Assembly (NCBI GenBank): GCA_963775685.1
Contig: CAVZJV010000014.1
Location: 448,001 to 512,000 of the forward strand
Direction of reading: 5' to 3'
From: Candidatus Bathyarchaeota archaeon
GTDB taxonomy: Archaea; Thermoproteota; Bathyarchaeia; Bathyarchaeales; Bathycorpusculaceae
Length of the DNA stretch: 64,000 nucleotides
Shown: positions 1 through 10,755 of the stretch, one piece after another
Layout of the letters: each line of letters opens with the position of its first letter
Numbering within the stretch: position 1 is the stretch's first letter
Program-made: the position numbers and the translations under genes
The notes under the pieces: generated by a model
What the model saw: the letters and a program-made list of their open reading frames with translations, nothing else
Told to the model about the DNA's origin: nothing
Database searches by the model: none

Positions 1-20
1 TACTTTTTACGATAATAGGT

Positions 21-377
21 TTGATAATTCTCTGGATAGTCGTATCCATACCTGTTTGGTTAGCAGGTAAAGCCATAACAGGTGGAAAAGCAACTTTCGG
101 CGACGCCCTACTGGCCACTCTGGCAGGACCAATAATCTATTTTATCGTAACTTTTATAGTGGACTTTTTCTTGAGTGCAGTAATTGGAACCAGTGCATTT
201 GTTTTTGGCTATATTCTTGCACTTATAGCTTGGATGTGGGTTTACAAAGCTAGTTTCCAAACCGGTTGGATTCGGGCCATATTAATTGCGATACTGGCAT
301 GGGTTATCTTCATTGTGCTAAGCCTTATTGTTGGAGCATTATTTGGAGTGAGTTATCCTTCTCCATTCTTTCCTTAA
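21..377 (+). CDS. Small integral membrane protein (about 4 TM helices)
   Basis: 118-aa hydrophobic ORF followed by a T-rich tract; true start may lie upstream of the window. Confidence 0.7.
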   Translation: MIILWIVVSIPVWLAGKAITGGKATFGDALLATLAGPIIYFIVTFIVDFFLSAVIGTSAFVFGYILALIAWMWVYKASFQTGWIRAILIAILAWVIFIVLSLIVGALFGVSYPSPFFP

Positions 378-591
378 AATTTCCAATAATTTTTTCCTTT
401 AAATTGCTATAAAGAAACATTCTTTAAAAAAAAGATTGGCTATTTAATCATGACACAGTTCTCTGAACCACCGCCGGACCTATCCAGACATCCTACAAGA
501 AATACGTATCAATCATCCAAGAATCACAGAAAAAAGAAGCTTAAACATAAACTGTAACCCATAAAGATTCAACAGTCTTACTCGTAGGCTG

Positions 592-882
592 TTAAACCAA
601 ACATTCAGAAACATGCTCAACATAGACAGGCGCATTAACCAGCTTGCCCGTGAACGATTGCAGCTCTTCAGAAGTGTAAATGTTGAGGTTGCGACTCATC
701 CCAGCCGTCATAGCTACCCCCCGAATCTTTAGAGGCTTATCAGCCATCATTTCAAGAACACTAAAAGGCAAAACCGTTGACAAATGCTCCAATGCACGTT
801 TGCAGCCTTCGCATTTGGCTTTGGCGCCATCTTGCTTGGGTATTTCATTCTCTGGCATGAAAATCAAAGAATACGTTGGCAA
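592..882 (-). pseudogene. Truncated fragment resembling the N-terminus of a viral prohead/capsid maturation protease
   Basis: IRGVAMTAGMSRNLNIYTSEEL...LVNAPVYVEH resembles the G..S.N...Y..E.L....L...P...H pattern of HK97-type maturation proteases; ORF stops right after the His. Confidence 0.35.
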
Positions 883-955
883 GGGAACGCTGAAATAGAT
901 TATTAGCCTACTTGCGATAATAACGCTTTAATTCCAAGCCAAGGAAAATAGCTTA

Positions 956-1198
956 ATGAACCTTACAGAGCGAGAACGCACCATTCTTCAACTTACAAAG
1001 CAAGGATTGAGCGATTACAAGATAGCACGCAAAATCAAAACAGACCCCCCAAGCGTAACACGCTCACACAAAAATGCCAACAGGAAACTCATACTTGCAT
1101 TGACTGACCTTGAATGGGCAACAAAAATAGGCGTAAGCATCTCGGAAACTGAGTTAACTATTAACAGCCTGAGTAACATTTACAGTTTTTTCCTCTAA
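956..1198 (+). CDS. Small LuxR/sigma-like HTH DNA-binding protein
   Basis: LTERERTILQL..QGLSDYKIARKI HTH signature. Confidence 0.7.
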   Translation: MNLTERERTILQLTKQGLSDYKIARKIKTDPPSVTRSHKNANRKLILALTDLEWATKIGVSISETELTINSLSNIYSFFL

Positions 1199-1335
1199 AT
1201 TACTAAATAGCGTTTTGCAAAATTCAATTGAATCCTTTCGTCTATCTATTTTGAAGGTAGCGATTGTGGTCTCATTCATGCAACAACACAGTCTTAACTA
1301 TCCGTTGAGGGTAGATGCGAAACGGACATGAAAAT

Positions 1336-1572
1336 ATGATATCTGCAGTAGTTTTAGTAAATACTGACTTAGGTTCTCAAGACCAGATAGTAGAAAACAT
1401 AAAGCTTGTTGAGGGAGTTGAAGAAGCGCATGCCTTATACGGCGTTTATGACCTGTTAATTAGAATCAAAGCCATATCATTTGACAAACTTAAAGAAACA
1501 ATCAAATTAAAGATAAGAAATCTGGTGGGTGTAACTAGCTCGCTAACATTGATGGTTGTTGAAGACCGCTAA
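1336..1572 (+). CDS. Lrp/AsnC ligand-binding (RAM) domain protein
   Basis: AVVLVNT...GVEEAHALYGVYDLLIRI...IRNLVGVTSSLTL; ATG 1336 fits the domain start better than 1315. Confidence 0.85.
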   Translation: MISAVVLVNTDLGSQDQIVENIKLVEGVEEAHALYGVYDLLIRIKAISFDKLKETIKLKIRNLVGVTSSLTLMVVEDR

Positions 1573-1605
1573 AATCAACTTTGCCCTATTTTTTAAGGGA
1601 CTGGA

Positions 1606-1848
1606 TTATGGCGTGAAAACGATTACAGCTCCATCTTCAATTTTCATGCTTAAACCATGCTTCTGTAGAATTGGTTTAATGCAGTCCCAAGAACCGCTAT
1701 CAAAAGCACAGCTCATCTTTATCTCAAAGCCATTTGAATTTTCAAAAATCTGAGAAGTAGAATCCAAAGAAACCTGACTCATCGAAACCGTTTCCCATAG
1801 CGCTTCATATATTTCGTGAAGAACCTCTATGGCTTTAATTCTATTAAT
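1606..1848 (-). CDS. Hypothetical 80-aa protein with probable ATT start (not in ORF track)
   Basis: Open frame (I)NRIKAIEVLHEIYEALWETVSM...KHGLSMKIEDGAVIVFTP*; ATT directly follows an in-frame TAA and a GGGGG SD-like tract. Confidence 0.55.
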   Translation of the reverse strand: MNRIKAIEVLHEIYEALWETVSMSQVSLDSTSQIFENSNGFEIKMSCAFDSGSWDCIKPILQKHGLSMKIEDGAVIVFTP

Positions 1849-1976
1849 TTAAAGTCCCCCGGCAATATTACTGTTTGAGGGTGTACGCACTTAAGATTTG
1901 GCCTATTACCGCAGACAAGCCCTAACTAAAAAAGCATAAAAAATTTTGAATTGTTACCGGTACACCAATTTACCGT

Positions 1977-4900
1977 TTATTTCTTTGGGGGGGGGAAACG
2001 CAAAATAAATTTCGTTCCTTTGCCATTTTGACTCTCAAAGGCTATAGTACCGCCCAACGCTTCAGTAATTCGCTTAACAACGGCCAACCCGAAGCCTTGA
2101 CCTTTAGATTTAGTCGTGAACAAAGGCGTAAACAACTTAGGCTTAACTTCGTCGGGAATCCCAACGCCCGTATCTTCAACAACTAAAACTACGGCGGCAT
2201 CTATATCCTTAAAAGCCCTCACAGATAAGTTGCCACCATCTGGCATAGCTTGAATAGCGTTATTCACCAAATTATCCAAAATACGCTTCAATAAATCAGG
2301 ATCACCTATCACACATTTTGCTTCTTTCTCGACAATGCAAGAAACCATGATGTTTGCTGGGAAATGCTTCGTAGAACATGCATGCTCGATTACTTTGTCC
2401 AAGTCAGTTTCTCTTGCAGTAGGTCTAAGCGGTCTAGCATAATCCTGCAAGTCACCTACAATCTTGTTAATGTAATCGATGTTCTTTTCGATTTCTTGTA
2501 GACTTTCCATGACGTTGTTTTTCTCTGGAGTATCTAGAGCTGTAGCTAACTCTGTCTTTGCTAAGTAGACATCGCTGGTTATGGCTTGCAGGGGATTGCG
2601 AACATCGTGTCCAACCATACCTGCTGTCTCGCCAACTGCCGCCAACCGCCGGGCTTGATCCAATTCATTTATGTCTATAAACGCTAAAACAGCACCATCA
2701 ATCTTGCCTTTTTCATCAAAATAAGGCCTAACACGCATTTCATATAAGCGCCCATCTTTGTCTCTGACGCTTTGAGCAATATTGTCTTTGGTTACAATAA
2801 CGCCTGAGAGGGTTTTCTCTAAATTCTCAATATTTATTCCCAAGCTCACGCTGGTTATTGGAAGACCAATCTGTAGTGCCATAAGTTTTAGAATTTTTTG
2901 AGCTGATGGATTGAAAAGTCTAATCTTCAAGTCTACATCAACCAAAATAACAGCTGAATCAACATTCTCACTAATGTTTGTCAAGTCGGCATTAAGACGA
3001 GAGATGACTTGATTTCGTTCTTTAAGTTCGTCATTGAGCGTTGTTAGTTCCTCATTGGTCGATTGGAGCTCTTCTTTGGCAGTTTCCAACTCTTCGTTAG
3101 TGCTTTGCAGCTCTTCGCTGGTTGATTGAACTTCCTCCATAGCGGCTTTCAATTCTTCATTGGTTGTTTCCTGTGCCTCAATAATTGACTGGAACGATTG
3201 TTTGGCTAAGTCTGCTTCCTCTCTTTGTTCAAGAATTTGGCGGTCTTTAGCGCTTTCTCGACCTTCAGGAGTCGAGGTAAGCTCTATGGCTTGCCTCAAA
3301 TGTGCGGCTGCTGAACTCACATCTTCAAAAAGCACCAAAAAGAAAGGTTCTTCATACTGCATTATTTTGACTGGAGTGACTTGAATGTTGGCTGTCAATG
3401 GATTGGATTGATAGTTAAACCTTATTGCTTCTTCCCTGGTTGGTTTGTTTTCTTTTTTTGCCTTATAAATTAGAGTTTGAACCGTTGCCCTGACTTCTTT
3501 GCGAAGAACCTTAGCCAAGTTAAGACTAGCGTCTCCCGATTCAAGTTTTATGTAAGGCGCAACGTTCCCGCGGGTAATGATTACATCCAGGTTATTGTTT
3601 ACCAGAAGGGAAGCAGGAACATATTCCGTTAAAAGTAGTTTGTCAATTTGCTCTCTGATAAGTGAAACAGACTCTTTTCTCTCAGACAAAGGAGCTACTC
3701 CTTTCTTTTGACCAGCGTAAGTTTCAAAGCCAAATGCTAACTGAGGACGTGCCTTCTTCTTTACGTATATTATTCCCCTTGCAGTTTGAGATTCAAATAA
3801 GTTTGTTAGTTTACCTATACTTTCAGATTCGCCCAAATCAAGAAAACCGTTGGGTTTTAAAGCATAATGCAAGATGGGAATTACTTTTTCTTGAAGTTGC
3901 GAATTAAAATAGAAAGTATATTCGGCAACTGACCAGGTCCAAATTCGAAAATGGTGGGTCAGCCGTAACATCTTGCTTTGAGAATACACAAAGTTCGCGA
4001 ATGGCCTTTGATATTCGGTAACCGCCGTTAAAGTTATTGAAGTATTTTTTAAGTTGCGCTTCTGAGACGTTTGCCTCTATGGTTTTTGGGTATATTCCTT
4101 GACGCGCTCTATCTATATTTTTTTGATTGACATCCGTGCCAAAGACTTGGATAGGAATACCTGTTAATGATTTTTCTTCTAAAAATTCAAGTAAGGCTAT
4201 CGTGAATGAGTAAGCTTCTTCACCTGACGAGCAGCCTATGACCCATACACGGATGGCTTGCTGATTTGTCTTGCCTTTGACAAGTTCAGGGAACACTTTT
4301 TCTTTTAGAAGGGTGAAGGTATTTGGTTCTCTGAAAAGGTTTGTGACGCCTACCAGCAAATCGTCAAAGAGTTTTTGAAGCTCATCAGGATGCTTCTTCA
4401 CATAATCACAATATTCCTTAATATTATTTATGTGGTTTAATACCAAGCGGCGTTTGATGCGACGATTTAGAAAAGCTTCTTTGTAGTGAGAGAAATCAAC
4501 TTTGAAATTAGTCTTCAATAAGGAAAATAACGACCCTGAAACGGGTTTATTTTTGTTTTCGGCGGCTTCTATTTCAGCACGAATTAACTGGGGATTGCTA
4601 GCTATTTTTGAAAGCTCCTGAGCGATTTGACCTGGTGAAAGCACTAAATCCGCTGCTTCGGCAGATATAGCGCTTTGAGGCCATCCCTGTGTACTGGGCG
4701 GTTTTTGGGTCTTGCGCGATAGTTATTCCGCCTTCATTTTTAATTTCTCTAAGTCCCTCGGTTCCATCGGTGCCAGTGCCTGAGAGCACTATGCCTATAG
4801 CTTGAGTTTTTCGCTGTTGGGCTATGGAGTCAAAAAATGCGTCTATCGGTTTTAATGAGGCTCCTTTAGGAATCAATTTGAGGCTTTCTCCATCAAGGGT

Positions 4901-5212
4901 CATTATTTTTCCAGAGGGGATAACGTAGACGGTGTTGGGTTCTGTCTGCATTTCATTTGTAACTGCGTAAACGGGCATTTTGGTTGAACGGGCAAGAATG
5001 CTGGGCAGCATACTTTCTTGTCCTGTGGCTAAGTGCTGCACGATGACAAATATTAAGTCCGTGTTTAGCTCAAGCTTTTGAAGTATTGACGTGATGTCTT
5101 CTAAGCCGCCTGCCGAAGCGCCGATACCAACAATTGGAGTACCTTGCTTGTTTTGGTTTGAAATAGATTTCTTATTGGACAGCTTGGCTTTTTCCTTCTT
5201 TTTTTCGGAAAT
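1977..5212 (-). pseudogene. CheB/CheR-coiled coil-PAS-histidine kinase fusion, split by two frameshifts
   Basis: CheB motifs GASAGG, VQH, GTGTDG; CheR motifs GCSSGEEAYS, DLVSCR; EELQSTNEEL coiled coil; HDVRNPL, NAIQAM, DTGVG, GFGL kinase boxes; frameshifts near 4680 and 3920. Confidence 0.85.
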
Positions 5213-5522
5213 TTTGTTCCACCCTCCATTAGAATCTAAACTTGCTGTTGAGATAGCCCTAGACGCACATTGCTTATACCGATACACAAGATGACTGCAT
5301 AAAAAGCTATGTGTATGGTACGGATAAGGGATGTTAGAGTTTTCCTTTTTTGTTTCTCCCAGATTTCGACCGTAATACAGGTCAATGCCCAATGTCATCC
5401 TCATTTCTCGGCAATATGTACTCACCGAATTCTTTCCTAGCGCTTAATCAATAAGAAATTGACTCAGAAATTTTGAATTTTGTCTTTAACTTTAAATTTT
5501 AGCTGGGGGACTATACCCGTTT

Positions 5523-7157
5523 CAGACGGTGTAAAAACTCGGAGTTTAGAAACAAGTGTTCTTGACTTCAACTCTCATCTAGCATCTGGTTGCTACTTTT
5601 GTCTTGCTTTTCTTAGGTCTTCACCAGAGCCATTAACTTTCCAACGCCAAGAATATTGATGTCCCTTAGCATGTTGTAAGCAAGCATCGTAAAGCCCACC
5701 TCACCTTTAACCTTCCTTAGACCCTTCAAGAGCAAGTACCTCTGATTGAATGCCCGCTTCATGGTTCCAAAAGGATGCTCTACCAACATCCGACGCAACC
5801 GCAACTTCCCTTTCCCCTCAGAACTCTCAAGCCTTGCTCTGAGCCTATCAACCGCACCCTGATACTCCCATCTCACCATTATCCTACCCCGCCTATTCCT
5901 AGTACACTTACTTCTAGAAGTGCAATAAGAACAGAAACCTGTTCTGTAATGCCTACCATTTTCAGGGTTATTCTTGAAACTGCCCTTCCAAAACCCCAAT
6001 TCCTTCCCAACAGGACAAACATAAACGTCTTTGACCTCATCGAAGATAAACCGTTCAGAGCCAAACTCAGGCTCCGGCACACCTACACTCTTAGTCGGAT
6101 TGAAAGCTGGAATCGGCATGAACACTGTTATCCCAGTTTCTTCACATTTAACGAGGTCATTTGCAACGTAGAAGCCTTTGTCACTCAAAACTTCCAATTG
6201 ATCAACGCCAAGCACATGTTTCGCAGCCTTAGCATCAGTCGTTAACTGATGATGGTCAGTTGAATTATTGATAACATCGTAATCCACGATTAAATGCTGC
6301 TTCGCATCAACAGATGCCTGAATGTTGTAGCAGATTTCAAGCCTTTGACTATCTACCCGCATCAAACGGCTATCAGGATCCACAAGCGAAATCTCCTTCT
6401 GGCCTGTTGCCTTCATTTGGCCTTGAATCTGCTCGTACCGTTGCTTTTCTTCTTCAAGTTTGCATATTTTCTCCTTAAGCTCATCGACATTGGTGCTTTC
6501 ATCTTCATCTGAATCAGCTGTGTCGTTTTGGTCCATTTCTTTGAGGTACTCTGCTATCTTTTCTTCTGTTTGTTTGAGCCTCAAAGCGACTGTTTTCTCA
6601 TTGAGGTTATTGCTCTTCGAATTGACAGCCCTGAATTTGGTTCCATCAATGGCTACCAGTTGAGCACCGTAAAGATCAAGGCTTCTGCAGAGGTAAACGA
6701 ATTCTTTGAAGACAGGTTTAATGCAGTCAACGTTGTCTTTTCTGAAGTCAGCTATGGTTTTATGGTCTGGCGAGAGCTTCTTCATGAGCCACATGACCTC
6801 GACGTTGCGGTGGCATTCTTTCTCTAATTTCCTGCTGGATCTTACTTGGTTGAGGTAGCCGTAAACGTAGAGCTTGAGCAAATCTGAAGGGTTGTAGGAG
6901 GGTCTTCCAGTTTCAGCTACTACTGAGTGTTTGAATCCGAGTTTTTCCAGGTTTAGGCTGTCGATGAAGGCGTCGATGAACCTGACAGGGTTGTCCTTGT
7001 CAACGTACTTGTCGATTGTATTGGGAAAAAGCACTGTTTGGTCTCTGTTTGTTCCGATTACATGTTCGCTCATGGGTTTTCAGTTGTTCTAAGGATAGTC
7101 TAGATTTAAGGTTAACGGACACAAAGCCAGCAGGAAGGAGACTTTTCACACAGTCTG
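5523..7157 (-). mobile_element. IS1182-family insertion sequence, copy 1
   Basis: Terminal IRs cagacggtgtaaaaact (5523-5539) and acttttcacacagtctg (7141-7157); imperfect 4-bp TSD gttt/attt. Confidence 0.9.
5613..7073 (-). CDS. IS1182-family DDE transposase
   Basis: GRPSYNP..LLKLY.YGY...RSSRKLE, IDGTKF, DKGF, VEHPFG.MK motifs; intact 486 aa. Confidence 0.92.
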   Translation of the reverse strand: MSEHVIGTNRDQTVLFPNTIDKYVDKDNPVRFIDAFIDSLNLEKLGFKHSVVAETGRPSYNPSDLLKLYVYGYLNQVRSSRKLEKECHRNVEVMWLMKKLSPDHKTIADFRKDNVDCIKPVFKEFVYLCRSLDLYGAQLVAIDGTKFRAVNSKSNNLNEKTVALRLKQTEEKIAEYLKEMDQNDTADSDEDESTNVDELKEKICKLEEEKQRYEQIQGQMKATGQKEISLVDPDSRLMRVDSQRLEICYNIQASVDAKQHLIVDYDVINNSTDHHQLTTDAKAAKHVLGVDQLEVLSDKGFYVANDLVKCEETGITVFMPIPAFNPTKSVGVPEPEFGSERFIFDEVKDVYVCPVGKELGFWKGSFKNNPENGRHYRTGFCSYCTSRSKCTRNRRGRIMVRWEYQGAVDRLRARLESSEGKGKLRLRRMLVEHPFGTMKRAFNQRYLLLKGLRKVKGEVGFTMLAYNMLRDINILGVGKLMALVKT

Positions 7158-7424
7158 ATTTGGGTCTGAGACCCTGGGGGCCCGCAAACCCCCGTACGAA
7201 TATGTACTTTTTAGATTAAGGGAAAAAAGATCACCACTCTTCTTTACAGACACCCATTTTTTCTTTTTTTAGGAAACTTCCCAGCCACAAACCGAGTCTT
7301 AGAATGGTTTTTGCAGTTTTACAGGCGGGCTATCTATTTTTACGCCTAGAACTAGAGTTCAGCACCCTCTTTGGGTGATAAGCTTATTAGACTTTTGGAG
7401 TTACAAGATAACTAGGCGATTATT

Positions 7425-7868
7425 TTGGGAGTTAAAGAAAATCTAGAGTTGATGAAAACACTTGATGATGCCTGGAACGCAGGGCCAAATAGCCCATTAT
7501 GGGAGACTTTTAAGAAACGCCACCGAGAAGACGTCAAAGTGTACTGGCCAGCCCAACCGCTTCCCACAATTGGACGCCACAACCACGACGTCGAAGCCAC
7601 AGAATTCTTCAAAACATTTGACAACAAACTAGTCAATAACCCCTATAAGATCATTTTTGGAGAGGGAGATCATACATGTACCGTTGCTGATTGGACTGTA
7701 ACCATGAAAGGACCCATGAAAGGTGCAGAAGGAAAAATGATTCCGTCAACTGGAAAAACGGCGAAACTCGAATTCTGCACAGTCGCCACATGGAAAAACG
7801 GCGAAATCATCGAAGAGCGTCTATTCTACGATGTTGTCGGCTTCATGAAACAACTTGGCCTAATGTAG
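7425..7868 (+). CDS. SnoaL-like ester cyclase (NTF2 fold)
   Basis: DDAWN..., T.KGPM....GKMIPSTGK, WKNGEIIEERLFYD..FMKQLG. Confidence 0.8.
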   Translation: MGVKENLELMKTLDDAWNAGPNSPLWETFKKRHREDVKVYWPAQPLPTIGRHNHDVEATEFFKTFDNKLVNNPYKIIFGEGDHTCTVADWTVTMKGPMKGAEGKMIPSTGKTAKLEFCTVATWKNGEIIEERLFYDVVGFMKQLGLM

Positions 7869-7931
7869 GCCAAGACCTCTTTTTTAAAATGTTTTTAAGA
7901 ATCGTTATTTACTGCTTTGCAGTAGTATTTT

Positions 7932-8815
7932 ATGGAGCGGTTTTTGTTGGAACGAAAAGTCGAAAAAATTTTAGAACAAAGACTAACTCTTGAAGGCGCC
8001 GGAGTGAAACTAAGACGCGTTCTTGGCAATGATGATGACTCCACACTTGATCCGTTTCTGCTCCTAGATCATTTTGGCTCAGAAAACCCCAAAGACTACA
8101 TCAAAGGTTTTCCTTGGCATCCACATAGAGGAATGGAAACAGTCACATACATGTGGACAGGCGAAGTTGAACATGGCGACAGCATGGGCAATAAAGGCGT
8201 CATCGAATCTGGAGATGTACAATGGATGACTGCTGGATCAGGCATTATTCATCAAGAAATGCCCCAAAAATACGACGGTTTAATGCAGGGCTTCCAATTA
8301 TGGGTAAACTTACCCGCAAAGAAAAAGATGGTTAACCCCAAATATCGAGGAATAGAAAAAGAACAAATTCCGATGGTCCAGAAAGATGGCATGAAGATTA
8401 AAGTCGTAGCTGGAGAGATCGATGGAACACGGGACCAGTTCGGGAATTAGCAATCGACATTAAATATTTTGATGTAGAGTTAACTTCAGGAAAAACATTC
8501 GAACATGCAACTGCAAAGGATGATACGGTTTTTGCTTACATTGTCGAAGGCTCCGTTGATGCTAAAGGTAAAACAATAACCCAGGGTCAGTGCGCAGTCT
8601 TTGGGAAAGGCGATTTAGTCAAGATAAGTTCAAAAAACGGAGCTCACTTTCTTTATGTGTCAGGTGAATCATTGAATGAGTCTGTGACTTGGAGAGATCC
8701 TATAGTAATGAATACTGAAGAAGAATTAGCTATAGCTTTCGAAGAGCTGGACGCTGGCACTTTTATCAAAACAAAAAGTTCTTTAAACCCTGATCAAAAA
8801 ATCGATGTGATGTAG
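7932..8815 (+). pseudogene. Pirin family protein, frameshifted near 8430
   Basis: DPFLLLDHF, GFPWHPHRGMETVTY, WMTAGSGIIHQE; C-terminal cupin (GPVRELAIDIKYFDV...PIVMNTEEEL) continues in another frame to TAG 8813-8815. Confidence 0.85.
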
Positions 8816-8817
8816 AT

Positions 8818-9156
8818 ATGAGTGCAAGAAAGAAAATACCAGTTGAGAGTAAAAAGAAAAGCACTTTTCATGATAGGCTAGATAATAAAGACAAAGCATT
8901 TGTTCTTTTCTACGCGACCTGGTGCCCATTTTCCCGGGCGTTTTTGCCAACCTTTGAGGAGTATTCAAAGAGCAATCCGGATGAGTGCTTAAGTGTTATT
9001 GTCGATGAAGAGCCTGACTTATGCGAAGAATACGGCATAGAATATTATCCAACAGTGTTAGTGTTCAAAAAAGGAAAAGTGCACAAGCGCTTAGACGCAG
9101 AGCCTTATGTAGGTTTAAGCAAAAAACAGCTTAAGGACCTTACTGAAAAACAGTAA
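8818..9156 (+). CDS. Thioredoxin-fold protein (WCPFS active site)
   Basis: FYATWCPFS, YPTVLVFKKGK. Confidence 0.8.
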   Translation: MSARKKIPVESKKKSTFHDRLDNKDKAFVLFYATWCPFSRAFLPTFEEYSKSNPDECLSVIVDEEPDLCEEYGIEYYPTVLVFKKGKVHKRLDAEPYVGLSKKQLKDLTEKQ

Positions 9157-9176
9157 GGAACCTCAAGCGCGCCGCT

Positions 9177-10261
9177 TTGTCCCTAAATTAGGTATTGAAG
9201 TAAGTCGGTGATACAGCTTTCTCGTGTCTCCCAATTTTTTGAGCTGCTTCTCTATTGAGCACTAAACACAGAATACTACACAATGCATAGAACGTCACTT
9301 GCGCTAATTCCCTGACCTTATTGTTAGCCATGCTAAACTGCGTCTTTAGGAAACTGTTAACTGCCTCAATCAGCGGTCTCTTATGATACGCCGTCTTATC
9401 CTCTAAAGACCCATAAGTCCTAAACTTCCTATCAACCCGCAACAAACCCTCCACACCCTTACGATGATTAGCAGGATATGGAATAGTTGCCTTCTCAACA
9501 GCACACCTGAGCTTAGAATCGCTATATTGGCTATCCGCTACTACACTTCTAACTTTAGCTTTACAGTGTTTGAGAATTCCCTTGGCCTTTTCAAGTAGAG
9601 CCAGTGAATGTTTCTTTTAGTTTTGGTTTGCAGAGACAAAAACGCTTGACAGCGGCAACATGGTTTTGTGGTCGATGATAGGTGCATTTTGTAGCCCAGT
9701 GCATATGATCGACCCGATCTGCCAACTCTGGCTTGAGCATCTGAGAAGCCGATCTGGTTATCTGTTGGGTGACGTGTGCTCCAAGCCTTGATAAACGAGG
9801 CATCCAACACAACATCAACTTCGCTGCTTTGCTGAGATTTGAGCAGTTTGATTACTTTTTGATCGATTATTCTGTTGAGTTTGTCTTGGCCTACTCGTTT
9901 GCTGAATCGGCTCATTACGCTTCGGGTGTAACCTTTTTGGTTGTCTTTGATTAGGCAGAGCTTTCTAATTCTTAAATCAGTGTTTAGGATGCGTGTCATT
10001 TCTTTTAGACTACGTATCGCTTTCATTCGCATAATTAAGAATGCTCGAAATAGTCCCAGTGGGTTTCTGGGTCGTCTTCCTGGGCCGCTTGTGTGGAAGC
10101 ACTGTTTTATTAGGTTATTCGCAAAGCTTAAGTCTACGTTTTTGAAGAGGGTTTCAAGGGTCTCGTGTTCATCCTGTCTCGCAGGGATCACTTCCTTGTG
10201 TGATTGGTTCTCAATGACACGAGGCCCGTTTCTAGTTATAAGCTTTTCAATTTAGGGACAA
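9177..10261 (-). mobile_element. IS5/IS4-like DDE insertion sequence with frameshifted transposase
   Basis: 13-bp terminal IRs TTGTCCCTAAATT (9177-9189) and AATTTAGGGACAA (10249-10261); ORFs 9541-10191 (DVVLDAS, GYKMHL) and 9188-9454 (Y..R..IE..NS.LK). Confidence 0.75.
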
Positions 10262-10755
10262 GCCAGCACTCTGTCTGGAATCAACTAAAAACTTCTTTCT
10301 TGGTCTACATACTGTAATTGAGCATTCCGATGATTGGGCTCGGCTTCAATTGCTTCGTGATATACCTGTTTTGCTTGTAAAAGGAAAGGACTCAACTAGG
10401 GACAATCAGGGTATAGTGGATTTGCTTTTTCAAAATCACTGGACCAAAATTCAAGAGTCCTGGTTTTGCCAGATTGTCATGCGTGCCATACTGTTGCCCG
10501 AGACGAGTTCATCAAAGAACTAGAAATAGTTTATAGCAAAAAATGCAATAGTTGAGGGTTAGGGACCCAGACTCGTTTCGGGGGGTGAGCCCGTTCCGGC
10601 CCACTTATTGCAAAGGAGATATTCAGGATTCAGTTAAATAATTACGCGCATCACTTCAATTGATGATTACAGCCAAAATATCTTGGAATAACTTGTTTTT
10701 TAATTCCCAATTCGATGAGCCGCTATTTTATTAAAACGAGCAAACATTTAGTTTA

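Noticed and set aside
5213-5425. N-terminal extension of the CheB ORF in the ORF track
   Set aside because: Non-protein-like sequence upstream of a good SD; likely promoter region
5775-6827. Antisense ORFs conserved in both IS1182 copies
   Set aside because: Conservation is explained by the overlapping transposase sequence
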